NCBI GenBank assembly: GCA_965208315.1
Contig: OZ242329.1
Coordinates: forward strand, 704,082-768,081
Direction: 5' to 3'
DNA length: 64,000 nucleotides
From: Chloroflexota bacterium
Lineage (GTDB): Bacteria > Chloroflexota > UBA11872 > VXOZ01
A program made the translations under genes and the position numbers. How positions within the stretch are numbered: position 1 is the first letter of the stretch; each line of letters begins with the position of its first letter. This document shows, piece by piece, positions 53,797 to 64,000 of the stretch. The notes below the pieces were generated by a model that saw only the letters and a list, made by a program, of their open reading frames with translations, was not told the origin of the DNA and did not search any database.

Positions 53797-54678
53797 ATGC
53801 CGGAAAAAGTGCTCTTCGACACAGACATCGGCACTGACATCGATGACGCGGTGTGCTTGGCATACCTGCTGGCTCAGCCAGCGTGCGATCTTCTCGGCAT
53901 TACCACCGTGAGCGGTGAGGCCACGAGACGCGCCATGCTGGCAAGCGCCTTGTGCCGGGCGGCTGGCAAGGACGTACCAATTCATCCCGGCGCGGAAGAT
54001 CCGCTGCTCATTGCGCAGAAGCAACCCAGGGCGCAACAAGCGGACGCATTGGGTGACTGGCCGCACAGTTGCACGTTTCCACAGGGATCAGCAGTTGAGT
54101 TTCTGCGGCAGACCATTCGCGCCCATCCCGGTGAGGTAACGCTGCTCGCAGTCGGCCCGTTGACCAATGTCGGTCTCTTATTTCGCGCAGACCCTGAGAT
54201 TCCCAAGCTACTAAAGGGGTTAGTGCTCATGTGCGGCCAGTTCTTTGGTCGTTCACCGGGCAGGGGACCGATGGAATGGAATGCTTCTTGCGATCCCCAT
54301 GCCGCTGCCATTGTCTATCAGAGCGCGGTTGCAGTGCATCGTTCGCATGGCCTCGACGTCACCCATCAGGTCAGCATGCCAGCAAAGGAAGTTCGCGCAA
54401 GGTTTCAAGCGCCACTGCTTCGACCGGTGGCGGCGTTTGCTGAGGTTTTCTTCGAGCATCGGGACGAAATCACATTCCACGATCCACTCGCCGCTGCTAC
54501 GATTTTCGACGATAGCATTTGCACGTTTTCACGTGGCAACGTGCACGTTGAACTGGAGAGCCCGCGCCTTGCGGGCTACATGCACTGGCAGGTTAACGGA
54601 GGAAAGGGTTCACACCAGGTCGCAGACACGGTAGACCCAGATCGATTCTTTGCCCACTATTTTTCAGTGTTTAGCTAA
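53797..54678 (+). CDS. inosine-uridine preferring nucleoside hydrolase family
   Basis: [18 protein letters not shown] aspartate cluster. Confidence 0.7.
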   Translation: MPEKVLFDTDIGTDIDDAVCLAYLLAQPACDLLGITTVSGEATRRAMLASALCRAAGKDVPIHPGAEDPLLIAQKQPRAQQADALGDWPHSCTFPQGSAVEFLRQTIRAHPGEVTLLAVGPLTNVGLLFRADPEIPKLLKGLVLMCGQFFGRSPGRGPMEWNASCDPHAAAIVYQSAVAVHRSHGLDVTHQVSMPAKEVRARFQAPLLRPVAAFAEVFFEHRDEITFHDPLAAATIFDDSICTFSRGNVHVELESPRLAGYMHWQVNGGKGSHQVADTVDPDRFFAHYFSVFS

Positions 54679-54689
54679 GGAGAACGAGC

Positions 54690-55166
54690 ATGTTCGAAGG
54701 TAAGGTTCTAGGCATCTATACCGCCCCGGCCCGCCGGGAGCCCATGGTCTCACACCAAGAAGTGCGTGTCGTCCCAGGCAAGGGCATTGAGGGCGACCGC
54801 TACTACATTGGCAATGCGACGTATTCGGACCGGGCGGGGCCGCATCGGGAGGTTACACTGATTGAGCTTGAATCCATCGACGCTCTGGAACGGGAGTACG
54901 GATACCGCCTTGAGCCTGAACTCTCCCGTCGCAACCTCCTGGTGTCCGGAGTGCCTCTCAACCATCTCATCGAACGAGAATTCTCGATTGGCGCCGTGCG
55001 CCTGCGCGGACTGTTGCTCTGCGAACCGTGCGCGACTCTCGCTGAAACCAGCGGTCACGAGCACATCATCAACCACCTCTTGCATCGCGGGGGTCTACGT
55101 GCGGAGATCTTGACCGAGGGTACGATCCACGTAGGTGAAGCGGTCTTGCCAGGTGGTGGCGAGTAG
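54690..55166 (+). CDS. MOSC domain-containing protein
   Basis: YiiM-like beta-barrel pattern. Conserved Cys in LLCEPC. Confidence 0.5.
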   Translation: MFEGKVLGIYTAPARREPMVSHQEVRVVPGKGIEGDRYYIGNATYSDRAGPHREVTLIELESIDALEREYGYRLEPELSRRNLLVSGVPLNHLIEREFSIGAVRLRGLLLCEPCATLAETSGHEHIINHLLHRGGLRAEILTEGTIHVGEAVLPGGGE

Positions 55167-55227
55167 CGGCTAAGCGCTCACGTATCTGCACCCAAAGGAC
55201 ATATGGATCTTGGCCGGATGCATGCGG

Positions 55228-56004
55228 CTATCCGGTCCTGTACCCTAGCGTACCGCCACCGTCCGCATAGAGTTCGGTACCGGTTATGTACGTCGCCTCA
55301 TCTGAAACGAGAAAGAGCGCGGCGTCGGCCATCTGCTGCGGCGAAGAGATGTAATCCAGCGGAGCCCGCGCCGCAACGCCGGCGCGCATTGCGTCCGGAT
55401 CGGGTTGCATGTTCAGAAAGCTCTCGAAGAGCGGGGTGGCAACGCTTGACGGGCAGAGCGAATTCGCCCGAATGCCATACTGCGCGCAGTCCAGCGCCAG
55501 CGCCCGGGTAAACGTGATTACGGCTCCCTTGGAAGTGCAGTAGGCAATAGAGTGCGGTTGCGCGTGGACGCCCACCATGGAAGCAACGTTGAGCACTACC
55601 CCCTTTGTCTCCTTCAAGGCTGGCAACGCGTACTTGCAGGTCCAGTAGAGGCTCTTGACGTTACTGTTCATAATGCGGTCCCACTCGTCCTCGGTGGTAC
55701 CCTCGACATCATTATCGACATAAATAGCGGCATTGTTTACGAGGATGTCCAACGCCCCAAACTGAGATTGCGTTTCCTTGAGCATAGCGCGCACGTCATC
55801 CTCGCTTGAAACGTCAGCGGCGATGGCAAGTGCCCGCCCACCTGCCTGTCTAATGTCGGACACTACGCGTTCCGCGCCCGCCTGATTTAGCTCTGCAATT
55901 GCTACGGCCGCGCCTTCGGCGGCAAAACGCACCGCCATGGCTTCCCCGATACCGCTGCCACCGCCGGTAATCAGTGCAACTTTGTTCTGCAATCTCATAT
56001 CCAA
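55228..56004 (-). CDS. SDR family oxidoreductase
   Basis: TGGGSGIG cofactor motif, NNAAI, YCTSK catalytic dyad. Confidence 0.8.
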   Translation of the reverse strand: MDMRLQNKVALITGGGSGIGEAMAVRFAAEGAAVAIAELNQAGAERVVSDIRQAGGRALAIAADVSSEDDVRAMLKETQSQFGALDILVNNAAIYVDNDVEGTTEDEWDRIMNSNVKSLYWTCKYALPALKETKGVVLNVASMVGVHAQPHSIAYCTSKGAVITFTRALALDCAQYGIRANSLCPSSVATPLFESFLNMQPDPDAMRAGVAARAPLDYISSPQQMADAALFLVSDEATYITGTELYADGGGTLGYRTG

Positions 56005-56324
56005 GCTCCTGTAGAGTGCTCATTTTGGCCCCCAAGTCTTATGGGAGCACTTCGTCTCTGTGACAACTCTCGTGCAATTATACCGACTACCGGGGTGGAC
56101 TGAGGTCAAGTTAACTACCGAGAAGCAGGCCTGAATTGACGGTTAATTGCCTAGACAGTAGCATGCACTGGAAGCGTCAAGTGTCGGGCACTCCCTGACG
56201 CTGAGCGGTTGCCAAGCATGGCCGTTGCGGCGTGGTATCACTTGTGCCGTCGCCCGCTGCGGGCGTCTTATCGCGGGCCCAGAATCCTTCAATTCTGCAG
56301 CAGACTTTCCCTACGCAATCATAA

Positions 56325-57529
56325 TGAGCGGGACGTTAGTTGTCGGACAATCCGGCGGGTCAACTGCCACGCTGAGCAACACGCTGGCAGGTGTGCTGGA
56401 AGCGGCGCTGCAGAGTGATGCCGTAGACCGCATTTACGGCATGTGCAACGGCATTGAAGGCTTGCTGCAAGAGCGTTTCGTAGATCTGACGAATGCCTCA
56501 ACGCAGCTTCGTGACGCGCTTAGGCGAACTCCTTCTGCCGCCCTGGGATCTTGCCGCTATGGCTTGCAGGAGACTGACGCCGAGCGCGCGCTGGATGTGC
56601 TCAAGGCACATGACGTCCGCTATTTCATCTACATAGGTGGCAATGGCTCGGCCCTCACGGTGCAAGCGGTTGACCGCTGGGCGCAGGAGAGCGGCCACGA
56701 TTTGCATGCTGTCGCAGTGCCCAAGACCATCGACAACGACCTTTGGGGCACGGACCACACCCCCGGCTACGGAAGCGCAGCACGCTTTGCGGCGCTTGCC
56801 GCGCTGGATGGCGGTTCGGATTCCTGGGCGCTCCGCACGCATGATCAGGTTAAGATTCTCGAGACGTTTGGCAGGAATACAGGATGGGTGACGGCTGCGA
56901 CCGCGCTCGCCAAGCGTGAAGAGGCCGACCCACCCCATCTCATCTTTGTTCCCGAACGTCCGCTCACGCAGGAGCGCTTCCTGCAGGAGGTCCAAGCTGC
57001 CTTTGACCGTTTCGGCTACGTCCACGTCGCCGTTTGCGAAGGACTGCGCCGACCCGACGGCGAGTTGCTGTTCGCGTCCGACCGCGCCGTTGACCGGGAT
57101 GCGTTTGGGAGAGGGCAACTTGGCGGTGTGAGCACGCTCCTTGCGGAATTGGTTGCAGATGAGTTGGATCTGAAGAGCCGCACAGACAAGCCCGGCACCA
57201 TGCAGCGGGCGTGCTTGTCGCTCGCTTCATCGGTAGACCTTGAGGAGGCTTACCTAGTTGGCAAGGCTGCGGTGAAGGCGGCAGTCTCCGGCGATACCGG
57301 CAAGATGATTACTTTGGAACGCACGCCCGGCCCAGAATACGCGGTCACTACCGGTCTCATCGATGTTAGCGACGTTGCGGGCAAAGAACGGCCACTCCCT
57401 GACTCGTATCTCAATGAAGCCGGTAACCACGTAACTTCCGCATTCCTGGACTACGTGCGGCCCCTGATTGGCGCGCAGCTGCCGGAATATGTGCGGCTGT
57501 CCCTTCCCACGGTGTCCAAGCTGATCTAG
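56325..57529 (+). CDS. 6-phosphofructokinase family (ATP- or PPi-dependent)
   Basis: GGNGS, PKTIDNDL and MQRAC motifs. Confidence 0.65.
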
Positions 57530-57619
57530 GGGTGGATACCAATCGAAGCAACCTGACTGGGACTCGGGAATGCCAATGCGCCAACCGGCTTGGCCTGTAG
57601 GTAAGAGAGACGATTCTGC

Positions 57620-58810
57620 GTGAAAACTCTTGGGTTTCTTTCGCGGCCAGCGGCCGGGTTACCTCGCACCGTTTTGATTCTCAGCACGGGTTTCTTCTTT
57701 GTCTTCATGGGCGCCAGCGCGTTCCAGCAGTTTCTCATCCCCTACCTGACGGACAAGGGCGTGACGACCGCCTTCCAGGCATCTGCCATACTAGCGTTGG
57801 TGTACATCTCGTTCCTCGTGTGGCGTGCCGTGGTCGCGTATACCCTTTACTACTTGGGCGAGTACTGGAGCACCGTGCTGGGCGCGGTGACGTATTCGCT
57901 CTTTGCCGTGAGCGCCTTTGCATTGAACCGCTTTGAGCTCCTGCTGATTGCTGCCGCGATGTGGGGGTGGGGAGCCGCGGCCATGTGGATCTCGAGCACC
58001 ACCCAACTGCTCGATGCCACGGCCGACACGCACTACGGCCGCGCCAACGGTCTTTTGTACACTGCGACAACCGGGGGGCAAGCAATCGGTGTGCTCTTGC
58101 TCGGTCTCCTTATGAGCGTTACCAGTGTGGAATTTGGGCCACCGGTTGCGGCTGCGATCACAGGAATCGGCGTAGCGACGTTTCTCTTCTTGCCCTATCA
58201 ACATACAAAGCGCGTGAAGCCCCGGCTGGCGCCGATTTTCCAGGTGTTGACTGTGCCAAGGACCGGCCTTGCCGCGCTCTTTCTCTTTCTTTCCTCTCTC
58301 GCCTTTGGCCTTATCCTCGGCAGTTTCAGCCAGATCATCGGCAGCGGCCAGGGGCACGGCATGCTGGCGCTGATAACTGCGGGGTATTGGATCGTCCGCA
58401 TCTTTGGCAGCTATGCGGGTGGCTTTATCGCGGACTGGCTTGGCCGCGAGCAGGTTCTTATACTCTCATTCGGCGTGGCAGGTTTGGGTCTGCTCCTGCC
58501 GACGTTCTATGGTGGCACGCTTACCATGAGCGTTGCGGCGCTGGCAATGGGCTTGCTCAACAGCACGGTGCCGGTGGCAACTAATGCCATGATTGGCGAC
58601 CTCACCACTTTCAGCAATCGTCACCTGGCAATCGCGTCGCTCTTCGTGTGGCGAGACCTGGGCGTAGGCATCGCCATCCTGGCGGGAGCAGCCATAATCT
58701 CACTTGCCGGTAGCGAACAGTTGATCTTCGGGATCTTCGGCGCGGCATTCTTGGTCTCCGCCGGCTTTGCCTACTGGCTCAAAGGGCAGCCCATTGTGAA
58801 GATGGCCTAA
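57620..58810 (+). CDS. MFS transporter
   Basis: 12 TM segments. Loop 2-3 GRxxxR-like. Confidence 0.65.
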   Translation: MKTLGFLSRPAAGLPRTVLILSTGFFFVFMGASAFQQFLIPYLTDKGVTTAFQASAILALVYISFLVWRAVVAYTLYYLGEYWSTVLGAVTYSLFAVSAFALNRFELLLIAAAMWGWGAAAMWISSTTQLLDATADTHYGRANGLLYTATTGGQAIGVLLLGLLMSVTSVEFGPPVAAAITGIGVATFLFLPYQHTKRVKPRLAPIFQVLTVPRTGLAALFLFLSSLAFGLILGSFSQIIGSGQGHGMLALITAGYWIVRIFGSYAGGFIADWLGREQVLILSFGVAGLGLLLPTFYGGTLTMSVAALAMGLLNSTVPVATNAMIGDLTTFSNRHLAIASLFVWRDLGVGIAILAGAAIISLAGSEQLIFGIFGAAFLVSAGFAYWLKGQPIVKMA

Positions 58811-58894
58811 GGTCCCTTGGGAACCGCTTGGTGCTGCAGGGCGCTACGTGACTGCTGCTAAGCGCGAGTTTCAGCGGTGGAGCAAGCAACGGCC

Positions 58895-58933
58895 AAACAA
58901 AAAAAGGCAGAGCGGCATGCATTGCCGTTCTGC
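58895..58933. terminator. bidirectional intrinsic terminator
   Basis: A9 - GGCAGAGCGGCATGCATTGCCGTTCTGCC hairpin between convergent MFS and FmdB genes. Confidence 0.6.
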
Positions 58934-59002
58934 CTCTCTGAATGAAAAAGCCTTCGTCAAAAGTGAATCACGGACACTGCGACTGCTACGGACACAAAAA
59001 GG

Positions 59003-59326
59003 TCAGTTGTCTTTAGTTGGCTTAGCCGACGAGGACTTCGATTCTCCGCCAGAGTCTGAGTTGGCCGTGCCTGCCGCCTTGGACTCGGCTTTGTCCTTTG
59101 CCGGAGCCTCTTTGGGTTTTGGGCTGCCGTTATTCTCGCTCTTGCCGTTATCCGTGCGGTTATCGGTTACGTACCAGCCACTTCCCTTAAATATCACGCT
59201 TGCGGGATGGAACACTTTACGCACCGCCCCGTTGCACTCAGGGCAGTTCGTCACCGGAGGATCGCTGAACCGCTGTTGCCGCTCAAAACTATGGTTACAA
59301 TCATCACACGCATATTCGTACAACGG
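59003..59326 (-). CDS. FmdB-family zinc-ribbon protein
   Basis: MPLYEYACDDCNHSFE...CPECNG motif. Low-complexity Lys/Ser tail. Confidence 0.6.
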   Translation of the reverse strand, partial: PLYEYACDDCNHSFERQQRFSDPPVTNCPECNGAVRKVFHPASVIFKGSGWYVTDNRTDNGKSENNGSPKPKEAPAKDKAESKAAGTANSDSGGESKSSSAKPTKDN

Positions 59327-59581
59327 CATTGAAGACACCTACCTCCGCAGTCAGGTCTTGCGCTCTAGCTATTCGTCAGGCGAGACAAGCAGTCGGCTGC
59401 CTCTAGTCAGACATAAGATTGCCGCACCCGCACTTCATATACGGGCGTCTACCGCAGTTGGCGCGAACAATCTTGTCCGCTCAACGCAATTGAGGTCCAG
59501 CAAGGGCAAACGGAGCCCGGGCTGAACCAGCAACAACCAAGTTCCAAGTATACCATCCACAGCAGGACTTAGTACGGCGCT

Positions 59582-60556
59582 TCACGATGCTTCAGGCAAG
59601 TGCAAAGCAAGGGTCTCTAGGGCAAGCCGGGCGTTGACGTTTGCGCGAACCCACTCGCGCGCTTCATCGATGCGCTTGATCACGCTTACGGCTTCCTGTG
59701 GAGAAATACTGAGTTCGACATCATTGCCCAGGCCATGCCTGCTATTATCGGCGCCGTCCGGCACGCCCGCTTGCGCCAAGAGAAAAGAGCGCCACCATTC
59801 ACTCCAAAGATCGAACAAGCGGTCTACGTCTGACACATCGTCCAAGAGATGGTCTATGAGTTCCATGCGAGAAGCGCGGTCGGCGCGAAGAGTCTGAATG
59901 AGGGCGCGTACGAGTGATTCCTCTCGCTCCCGCAGTTCTGGGTCCATACTTGCCGCAAGCGCCCACCCCATGCGTCCTAGGCTTGCTGCCGCGAGAAACG
60001 CCGCGTCTTCCCGCGCCACCCCTCGCTCTTCTAGTTCAGTCTGGACAAGCCGACGCGGAAGTCCGGTGAGACGCCACACCTGGCAGCGCGAGAGCAGGGT
60101 CTGAGGCATGAGGTGCGTGGAGGTTGCCGTGAGAATTAGCGTGTTGTGTGCGGGTGGCTCCTCCAATGTCTTAAGAAGGCGCTGGCTCGCCTCCGGTTGG
60201 AGCAGATGTGCGTCGAGAATGACCGAGACGCGCTGGACCGCTTGGTAGGGACGCAAGGCGACCGCCTGTTGCAGCGCGGCAACTTGCTCCATGCGAATGG
60301 ACTTGCGTCCTTCTTCCAACTCTACCAAGTGAAGGTCGGGGTGTTGTTGACGCGCGACTCCCTTGCACTGTACGCACTCCCGGCACGGACCGTTCGGTTG
60401 AGCGTTGCACAGCAACGCGGCGGCTAGGTCGAGCGCCAGCGTTTGCTTGCCCACCGCTGCCGGGCCGGCAAAGAGGATGGCATGTCCCAGAGCGTCTTGG
60501 GCAATTGCGCGTTGCAGGAAATGCTGCACCCGTTCATGACCGACTGTACGCCACAT
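59582..60556 (-). CDS. holB: DNA polymerase III subunit delta'
   Basis: GHAILFAGPAAVGK Walker A. CRECVQC zinc module. SRC motif. Confidence 0.75.
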   Translation of the reverse strand: MWRTVGHERVQHFLQRAIAQDALGHAILFAGPAAVGKQTLALDLAAALLCNAQPNGPCRECVQCKGVARQQHPDLHLVELEEGRKSIRMEQVAALQQAVALRPYQAVQRVSVILDAHLLQPEASQRLLKTLEEPPAHNTLILTATSTHLMPQTLLSRCQVWRLTGLPRRLVQTELEERGVAREDAAFLAAASLGRMGWALAASMDPELREREESLVRALIQTLRADRASRMELIDHLLDDVSDVDRLFDLWSEWWRSFLLAQAGVPDGADNSRHGLGNDVELSISPQEAVSVIKRIDEAREWVRANVNARLALETLALHLPEAS

Positions 60557-60568
60557 GTTCCGAATCTT

Positions 60569-61813
60569 CTAAGTGCAATGAATCTCAGCGATGAAGTCCG
60601 CCCAACCTGCCGATTTTTGGGACTCCTCGACATATCCGTTCAGAATCTCCTCGTACCCATTGGCGTTGTACGTGCCTTCAGAGCCCCATAGCGCCTGCCA
60701 AAGCGCCGCTTCGATGCGTAGACCGTCGGCGACTAGCTGTTTGCAGGTTTCACGAGTGTGTTCCAAAGGCACCGGGGAGAGCGTTCGTGCTTCCAGATAC
60801 GTAGCCAAATGAGCGAGCACGGCCGCGACTGCTTCGTAACGCGCATCCTTCAACGCCGGATGTAAATAGATCAGCACCCAATTGCCGACGCGCAGCGCCG
60901 CAGTATCGAGAAGGTCCGGCGCGTAGCCGATTATGGCATGGTCGAGGTGGTGAACGAGGTGAGCCGTTACTTCCTGTTCAGCGAGTAAGGACCGCACTTG
61001 GGCAAGCAAGGCGTCACTTGGTTTATCAAATGGATTAGGAACCGGTCGGTATGCATCCATGGGAATGAGATTGGCTTCTTTGTAGAGTATTCCGGCAAAG
61101 ACCTGTGTCACCGTGCCAGGTTCGGGTTGGCCCGGAACGTTCTCGACCCAGCGTTGGAATGCGGCCCGTTGGAATCGTTGGACCACAAAGGGGCCTAGTT
61201 TCTGCGGATGGGACATAGGGAGTCCGTAAAGCAAGAGAGAAATCTCCAGATTGCCGGGGACCAGTGGATTTTGCAAGAAGCGAGCAGCAATCTCTGGATC
61301 AGTGAGCCAGGAGAGGCGAATAGCACGAGACTCCGCAAACGTTGACCCACCGTCGTCCGTAATCGGCCGCGGAATGCCACGATCGAGGAGCCACTGCTCT
61401 AGTCCCGCATTGTCAAGAAGCTCAAAGGTATTGGCAAGCGAGATCTGGCCGGAAGACTTGTGCCAAACCAGGACCGCATATTGCAGGATCAGGTACACGT
61501 CTCCGGTGGTAGCGTCTGTGAAGGGAGAAGCCAACGGATAGCCCAATACGGAGCCGCCGCCAAGCGCCCGAAACATGACGTAGAACTGAGGGCCATTAGG
61601 AACATCGGGAATTACGTATCCGAAACCCTCGCCGTATCCGGCTGCCTCGCTATAGAAACCCTGGCTTGGTGGATCGGTTTGGTAGAGTATGTCACCCCTC
61701 GCCGCTGCAAAGGCGGTTGAAACACCGAAGAAAAAAAGCCAGAGAGCAACAGAGAGACTAACAGCGCAGCGCCGCCAGCTATCCAACAAGCGATTTCTTG
61801 GCATTGGGATCAT
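60569..61813 (-). CDS. secreted hypothetical protein
   Basis: Signal peptide. No recognised motifs. Confidence 0.4.
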   Translation of the reverse strand: MIPMPRNRLLDSWRRCAVSLSVALWLFFFGVSTAFAAARGDILYQTDPPSQGFYSEAAGYGEGFGYVIPDVPNGPQFYVMFRALGGGSVLGYPLASPFTDATTGDVYLILQYAVLVWHKSSGQISLANTFELLDNAGLEQWLLDRGIPRPITDDGGSTFAESRAIRLSWLTDPEIAARFLQNPLVPGNLEISLLLYGLPMSHPQKLGPFVVQRFQRAAFQRWVENVPGQPEPGTVTQVFAGILYKEANLIPMDAYRPVPNPFDKPSDALLAQVRSLLAEQEVTAHLVHHLDHAIIGYAPDLLDTAALRVGNWVLIYLHPALKDARYEAVAAVLAHLATYLEARTLSPVPLEHTRETCKQLVADGLRIEAALWQALWGSEGTYNANGYEEILNGYVEESQKSAGWADFIAEIHCT

Positions 61814-62435
61814 CGTTGAACACTACGCCAAGTACGTGCGCATCGATCTGCGCCAGCATTGCCTTGGCACGTTGGATTTGATCACGCCTCGCCTGATTGG
61901 CGCGTACCACAAGGAGAACACCGTCAACGTACCGCGCCAGCGCCGCGGCGTCCGCAGCCGTGAGGAGCGGCGGAGTATCGAGGATGACGTGATCGCTTGC
62001 AGCGGCAAGATCCACGATTAAGTCGGCCATGCGCTGGGAGGCGAGAAGGTCGGGAGCATTTTCCGGTACGGCGCCGGCGGCAAGCAGATTCAGCCCTGCT
62101 GTTCCGCAGTTCTCGTGAAACGCTGGGCCGTCCGCGCCACTCAAGTAGTCGGCAAGCCCGGGTTCTTGTGAGACGCCCAGAATGGTGTGTAAGCTGGGCG
62201 TGCGCAAGTTCGCGTCGACAAGCGTAACGCGGAGACCCAGTTGCGCCAAGGAAGACGCAAGACATGCCGAGACGAGGGTCTTGCCTTCTTGCGGGCCCGC
62301 GCTGGTCACTACCAGCGCTTTCTGTGCGTGTTCCTCTGCCTGAAAGCGAATGGTGGTGCGGAGGGAACGGAAGGCCTCGAAAGCAGGGCTATTCGCTCCG
62401 AGCGTTAGCTGAAGTGGTGAGGAGAGTCCTGTCAT
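61779..62435 (-). CDS. CpsD/CapB-type tyrosine autokinase (BY-kinase)
   Basis: P-loop GPQEGKT. Walker A' VLLVVRA and B ILDTPP. C-terminal region present. Confidence 0.7.
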   Translation of the reverse strand: MTGLSSPLQLTLGANSPAFEAFRSLRTTIRFQAEEHAQKALVVTSAGPQEGKTLVSACLASSLAQLGLRVTLVDANLRTPSLHTILGVSQEPGLADYLSGADGPAFHENCGTAGLNLLAAGAVPENAPDLLASQRMADLIVDLAAASDHVILDTPPLLTAADAAALARYVDGVLLVVRANQARRDQIQRAKAMLAQIDAHVLGVVFNDDPNAKKSLVG

Positions 62436-62505
62436 GATTCTTTTTGCCTCATATCCTCAAAGCGGCAATGCAGTGTCCACGCAGTTAGTACACATGTATC
62501 CAAAT

Positions 62506-63183
62506 CTACTTGGGAACTGGAGGGATGCAGGCAACGATAGGCACGCCGAGAATTTGCTCGGCCTCTCGCCGGAGACGGACGCGCGCATCGAGAAACTCGC
62601 TCGCAAGCGCCAAAACAATACCGGCAATTGCGCCAAGTACAAGGGCAACCGCCACATTAAATCTCACGCGAGGGCCTATCTGTGCAGCGTTACTCGCTTC
62701 GTCAAGTATCCGAGCCCGCAAGAAAACGTCACCACCCGGCCCGCTGCTCTGCTCCGATTGCGCGAGTTGTACGAACTCGTATGCAAATCCATTAGCGGCA
62801 TGAACCGCTTGTTGTGGAGAGGCACTCTCTGCCTGGATCACGACTATGTAGCTGTCCTGGACGACAACCGTCCGCAAGCTGCCAAGTACGGTATCGGGTG
62901 ATACATCAAGCTCCTTGCGGTCTACCACACGTTGCGCCACCTCCCCGGTGCGCACGCGCCCTACATAGGTGTTGAGCAGCCGCTCTACAGCCCCCATCGT
63001 CCAGTAGTCGATGACGTTCGGTGTAACGAGAACACTTACCCCCGCTCGGTACATAGGTTGCTGCCGACTGCTATAGAAATAGGCGGCGAGGACGGCAACC
63101 AGGGCAAGGACGATCACAATCCAATACCGCCGTCGAATGACGCCTGTGTAGTCCTGTAACCGTAGAGATGCAAGCTCAAGCAT
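62506..63183 (-). CDS. polysaccharide chain-length determinant (Wzz/CpsC-like) protein
   Basis: N-terminal TM, periplasmic region, C-terminal TM. Adjacent to the BY-kinase. Confidence 0.6.
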   Translation of the reverse strand: MLELASLRLQDYTGVIRRRYWIVIVLALVAVLAAYFYSSRQQPMYRAGVSVLVTPNVIDYWTMGAVERLLNTYVGRVRTGEVAQRVVDRKELDVSPDTVLGSLRTVVVQDSYIVVIQAESASPQQAVHAANGFAYEFVQLAQSEQSSGPGGDVFLRARILDEASNAAQIGPRVRFNVAVALVLGAIAGIVLALASEFLDARVRLRREAEQILGVPIVACIPPVPK

Positions 63184-63192
63184 TCAGCATAC

Positions 63193-63948
63193 CTAGCTTT
63201 CGGTCGCATCCTCAAGTGGGCCCTGCGCAGTTGCCAAGTCTTGTTGAGGAATGGGGGGAATAGTCAGTAATACCGGAATACGAAGCGCTTCCTCAACATC
63301 TTCCCGCGAGCGACAGATGCCCGATAGCACTTCTAGGACAAACGCAAGTCCCGTGATGAGGAGAAAGGCCACCAGCGTGCGAGCGAAAATATCGAGGCCC
63401 AGACGAACCAGCGAGGTGGCTTCCGGATCGGTTGCCGGGTCAATAATCGTGAGGCTCACAAGTCCCTGACGCACAGTGAGAAAATAGTCCTTGGCTTGTG
63501 TCTCGAGTAGCGTCTGCGCAGCGTCTGCCAAGGCCTGCGCGACTAACGGTTCATCACTGACAAAGGTGAGTTCCAAGACTCGATGACTGCGGTTGCTGCG
63601 GAGTGAATCTGCAATCTGCCTTGGCGTAAGCTGCAATCCATAGCGCTCGGCGGCAATTGCGGAAACGCCTGCGGCGAACGCCTGCCCTTGGACGATTTCG
63701 GAGAAGTCTTCAATGTTGGACTGGGCGAGAAGCTGACGGTAGTATTCCTCCGAGTAATGGGACTCTCCGCTCTCAGGTGTCGGAGCGGGAGGTACGGCCT
63801 GAACATGGACGCGCACGGATGACTCATAGGCATTCGGCCAGAGGAGCGCCAAGATCACACTTCCAATAAACGCCACGATAGTGACGCTCAGGATTAGCTT
63901 CCTTCTGGCTCCAAGTATTCTGAGATACGATTGAATGCTCATGGACAA
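63193..63948 (-). CDS. polysaccharide chain-length determinant (Wzz-like) protein
   Basis: Same topology as the preceding Wzz-like protein (N-terminal and C-terminal TM segments). Confidence 0.55.
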   Translation of the reverse strand: MSMSIQSYLRILGARRKLILSVTIVAFIGSVILALLWPNAYESSVRVHVQAVPPAPTPESGESHYSEEYYRQLLAQSNIEDFSEIVQGQAFAAGVSAIAAERYGLQLTPRQIADSLRSNRSHRVLELTFVSDEPLVAQALADAAQTLLETQAKDYFLTVRQGLVSLTIIDPATDPEATSLVRLGLDIFARTLVAFLLITGLAFVLEVLSGICRSREDVEEALRIPVLLTIPPIPQQDLATAQGPLEDATES

Positions 63949-64000
63949 CTCGATTGGCGCGTGAATACCACCTCATTTTAGCAGATTCCTTGCCCATGTC

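Overview
This is a high-GC (~63%) bacterial chromosomal segment that mixes housekeeping RNA genes with accessory DNA. All calls below are read from the sequence and the supplied ORF track; no database searches were run.

RNA genes and signals:
- A complete, orphan 16S rRNA gene (minus strand, ~30101-31627) with no 23S or 5S gene next to it. It has its own sigma70-like promoter (TTGACT-18-TACTAT) and a downstream stem-loop.
- An RNase P RNA (rnpB, bacterial type A) followed 50 nt later by an initiator-like tRNA-Met(CAT), both on the minus strand.
- A tRNA-His(GTG) with G-1, preceded by a TTGACG-18-TAGACT promoter.

Most unusual locus (7.1-19.8 kb, minus strand): a compact type I polyketide synthase cluster.
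- One giant PKS gene with domain order KS-AT-DH-cMT-ER-KR-ACP-KS-AT.
- A stand-alone ACP gene, an Sfp-type phosphopantetheinyl transferase and an alpha/beta hydrolase sit immediately downstream.
- There is no loading module and no thioesterase (TE) domain.
- As sequenced, the PKS reading frame is broken by two single-nucleotide frameshifts.
- The KR catalytic Tyr reads as His, and the terminal AT is degenerate (GHDLG instead of GHSxG, and about 75 aa missing). The cluster is therefore either decaying, an unusual non-canonical design, or affected by sequencing error.

Mobile DNA:
- A 3.17-kb IS1595-family transporter IS at 31807-34971 has perfect 20-bp terminal inverted repeats and an 8-bp target-site duplication (TTTGGCAG).
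- It carries a DDE transposase plus lower-GC passenger genes: a secreted HExxH metallopeptidase-like protein and small ORFs.
- It sits 5 bp upstream of the -35 hexamer of the 16S rRNA promoter.
- A second low-GC island (42.9-44.9 kb) encodes a type II restriction-modification pair: an alpha-class amino-MTase and a PD-(D/E)xK nuclease.

Remaining genes are ordinary metabolism and transport:
- Two tandem neutral-ceramidase-like hydrolases.
- A PhyH dioxygenase and an NCS2-like permease.
- ABC transporters, a sulfite-oxidase-family Mo enzyme and an Fe-alcohol dehydrogenase.
- A homocysteine S-methyltransferase gene followed by HcnB/HcnC-like oxidase genes.
- A GH51 arabinofuranosidase, a nucleoside hydrolase, a phosphofructokinase, an MFS transporter and holB.
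- The start of an EPS chain-length/BY-kinase cluster.
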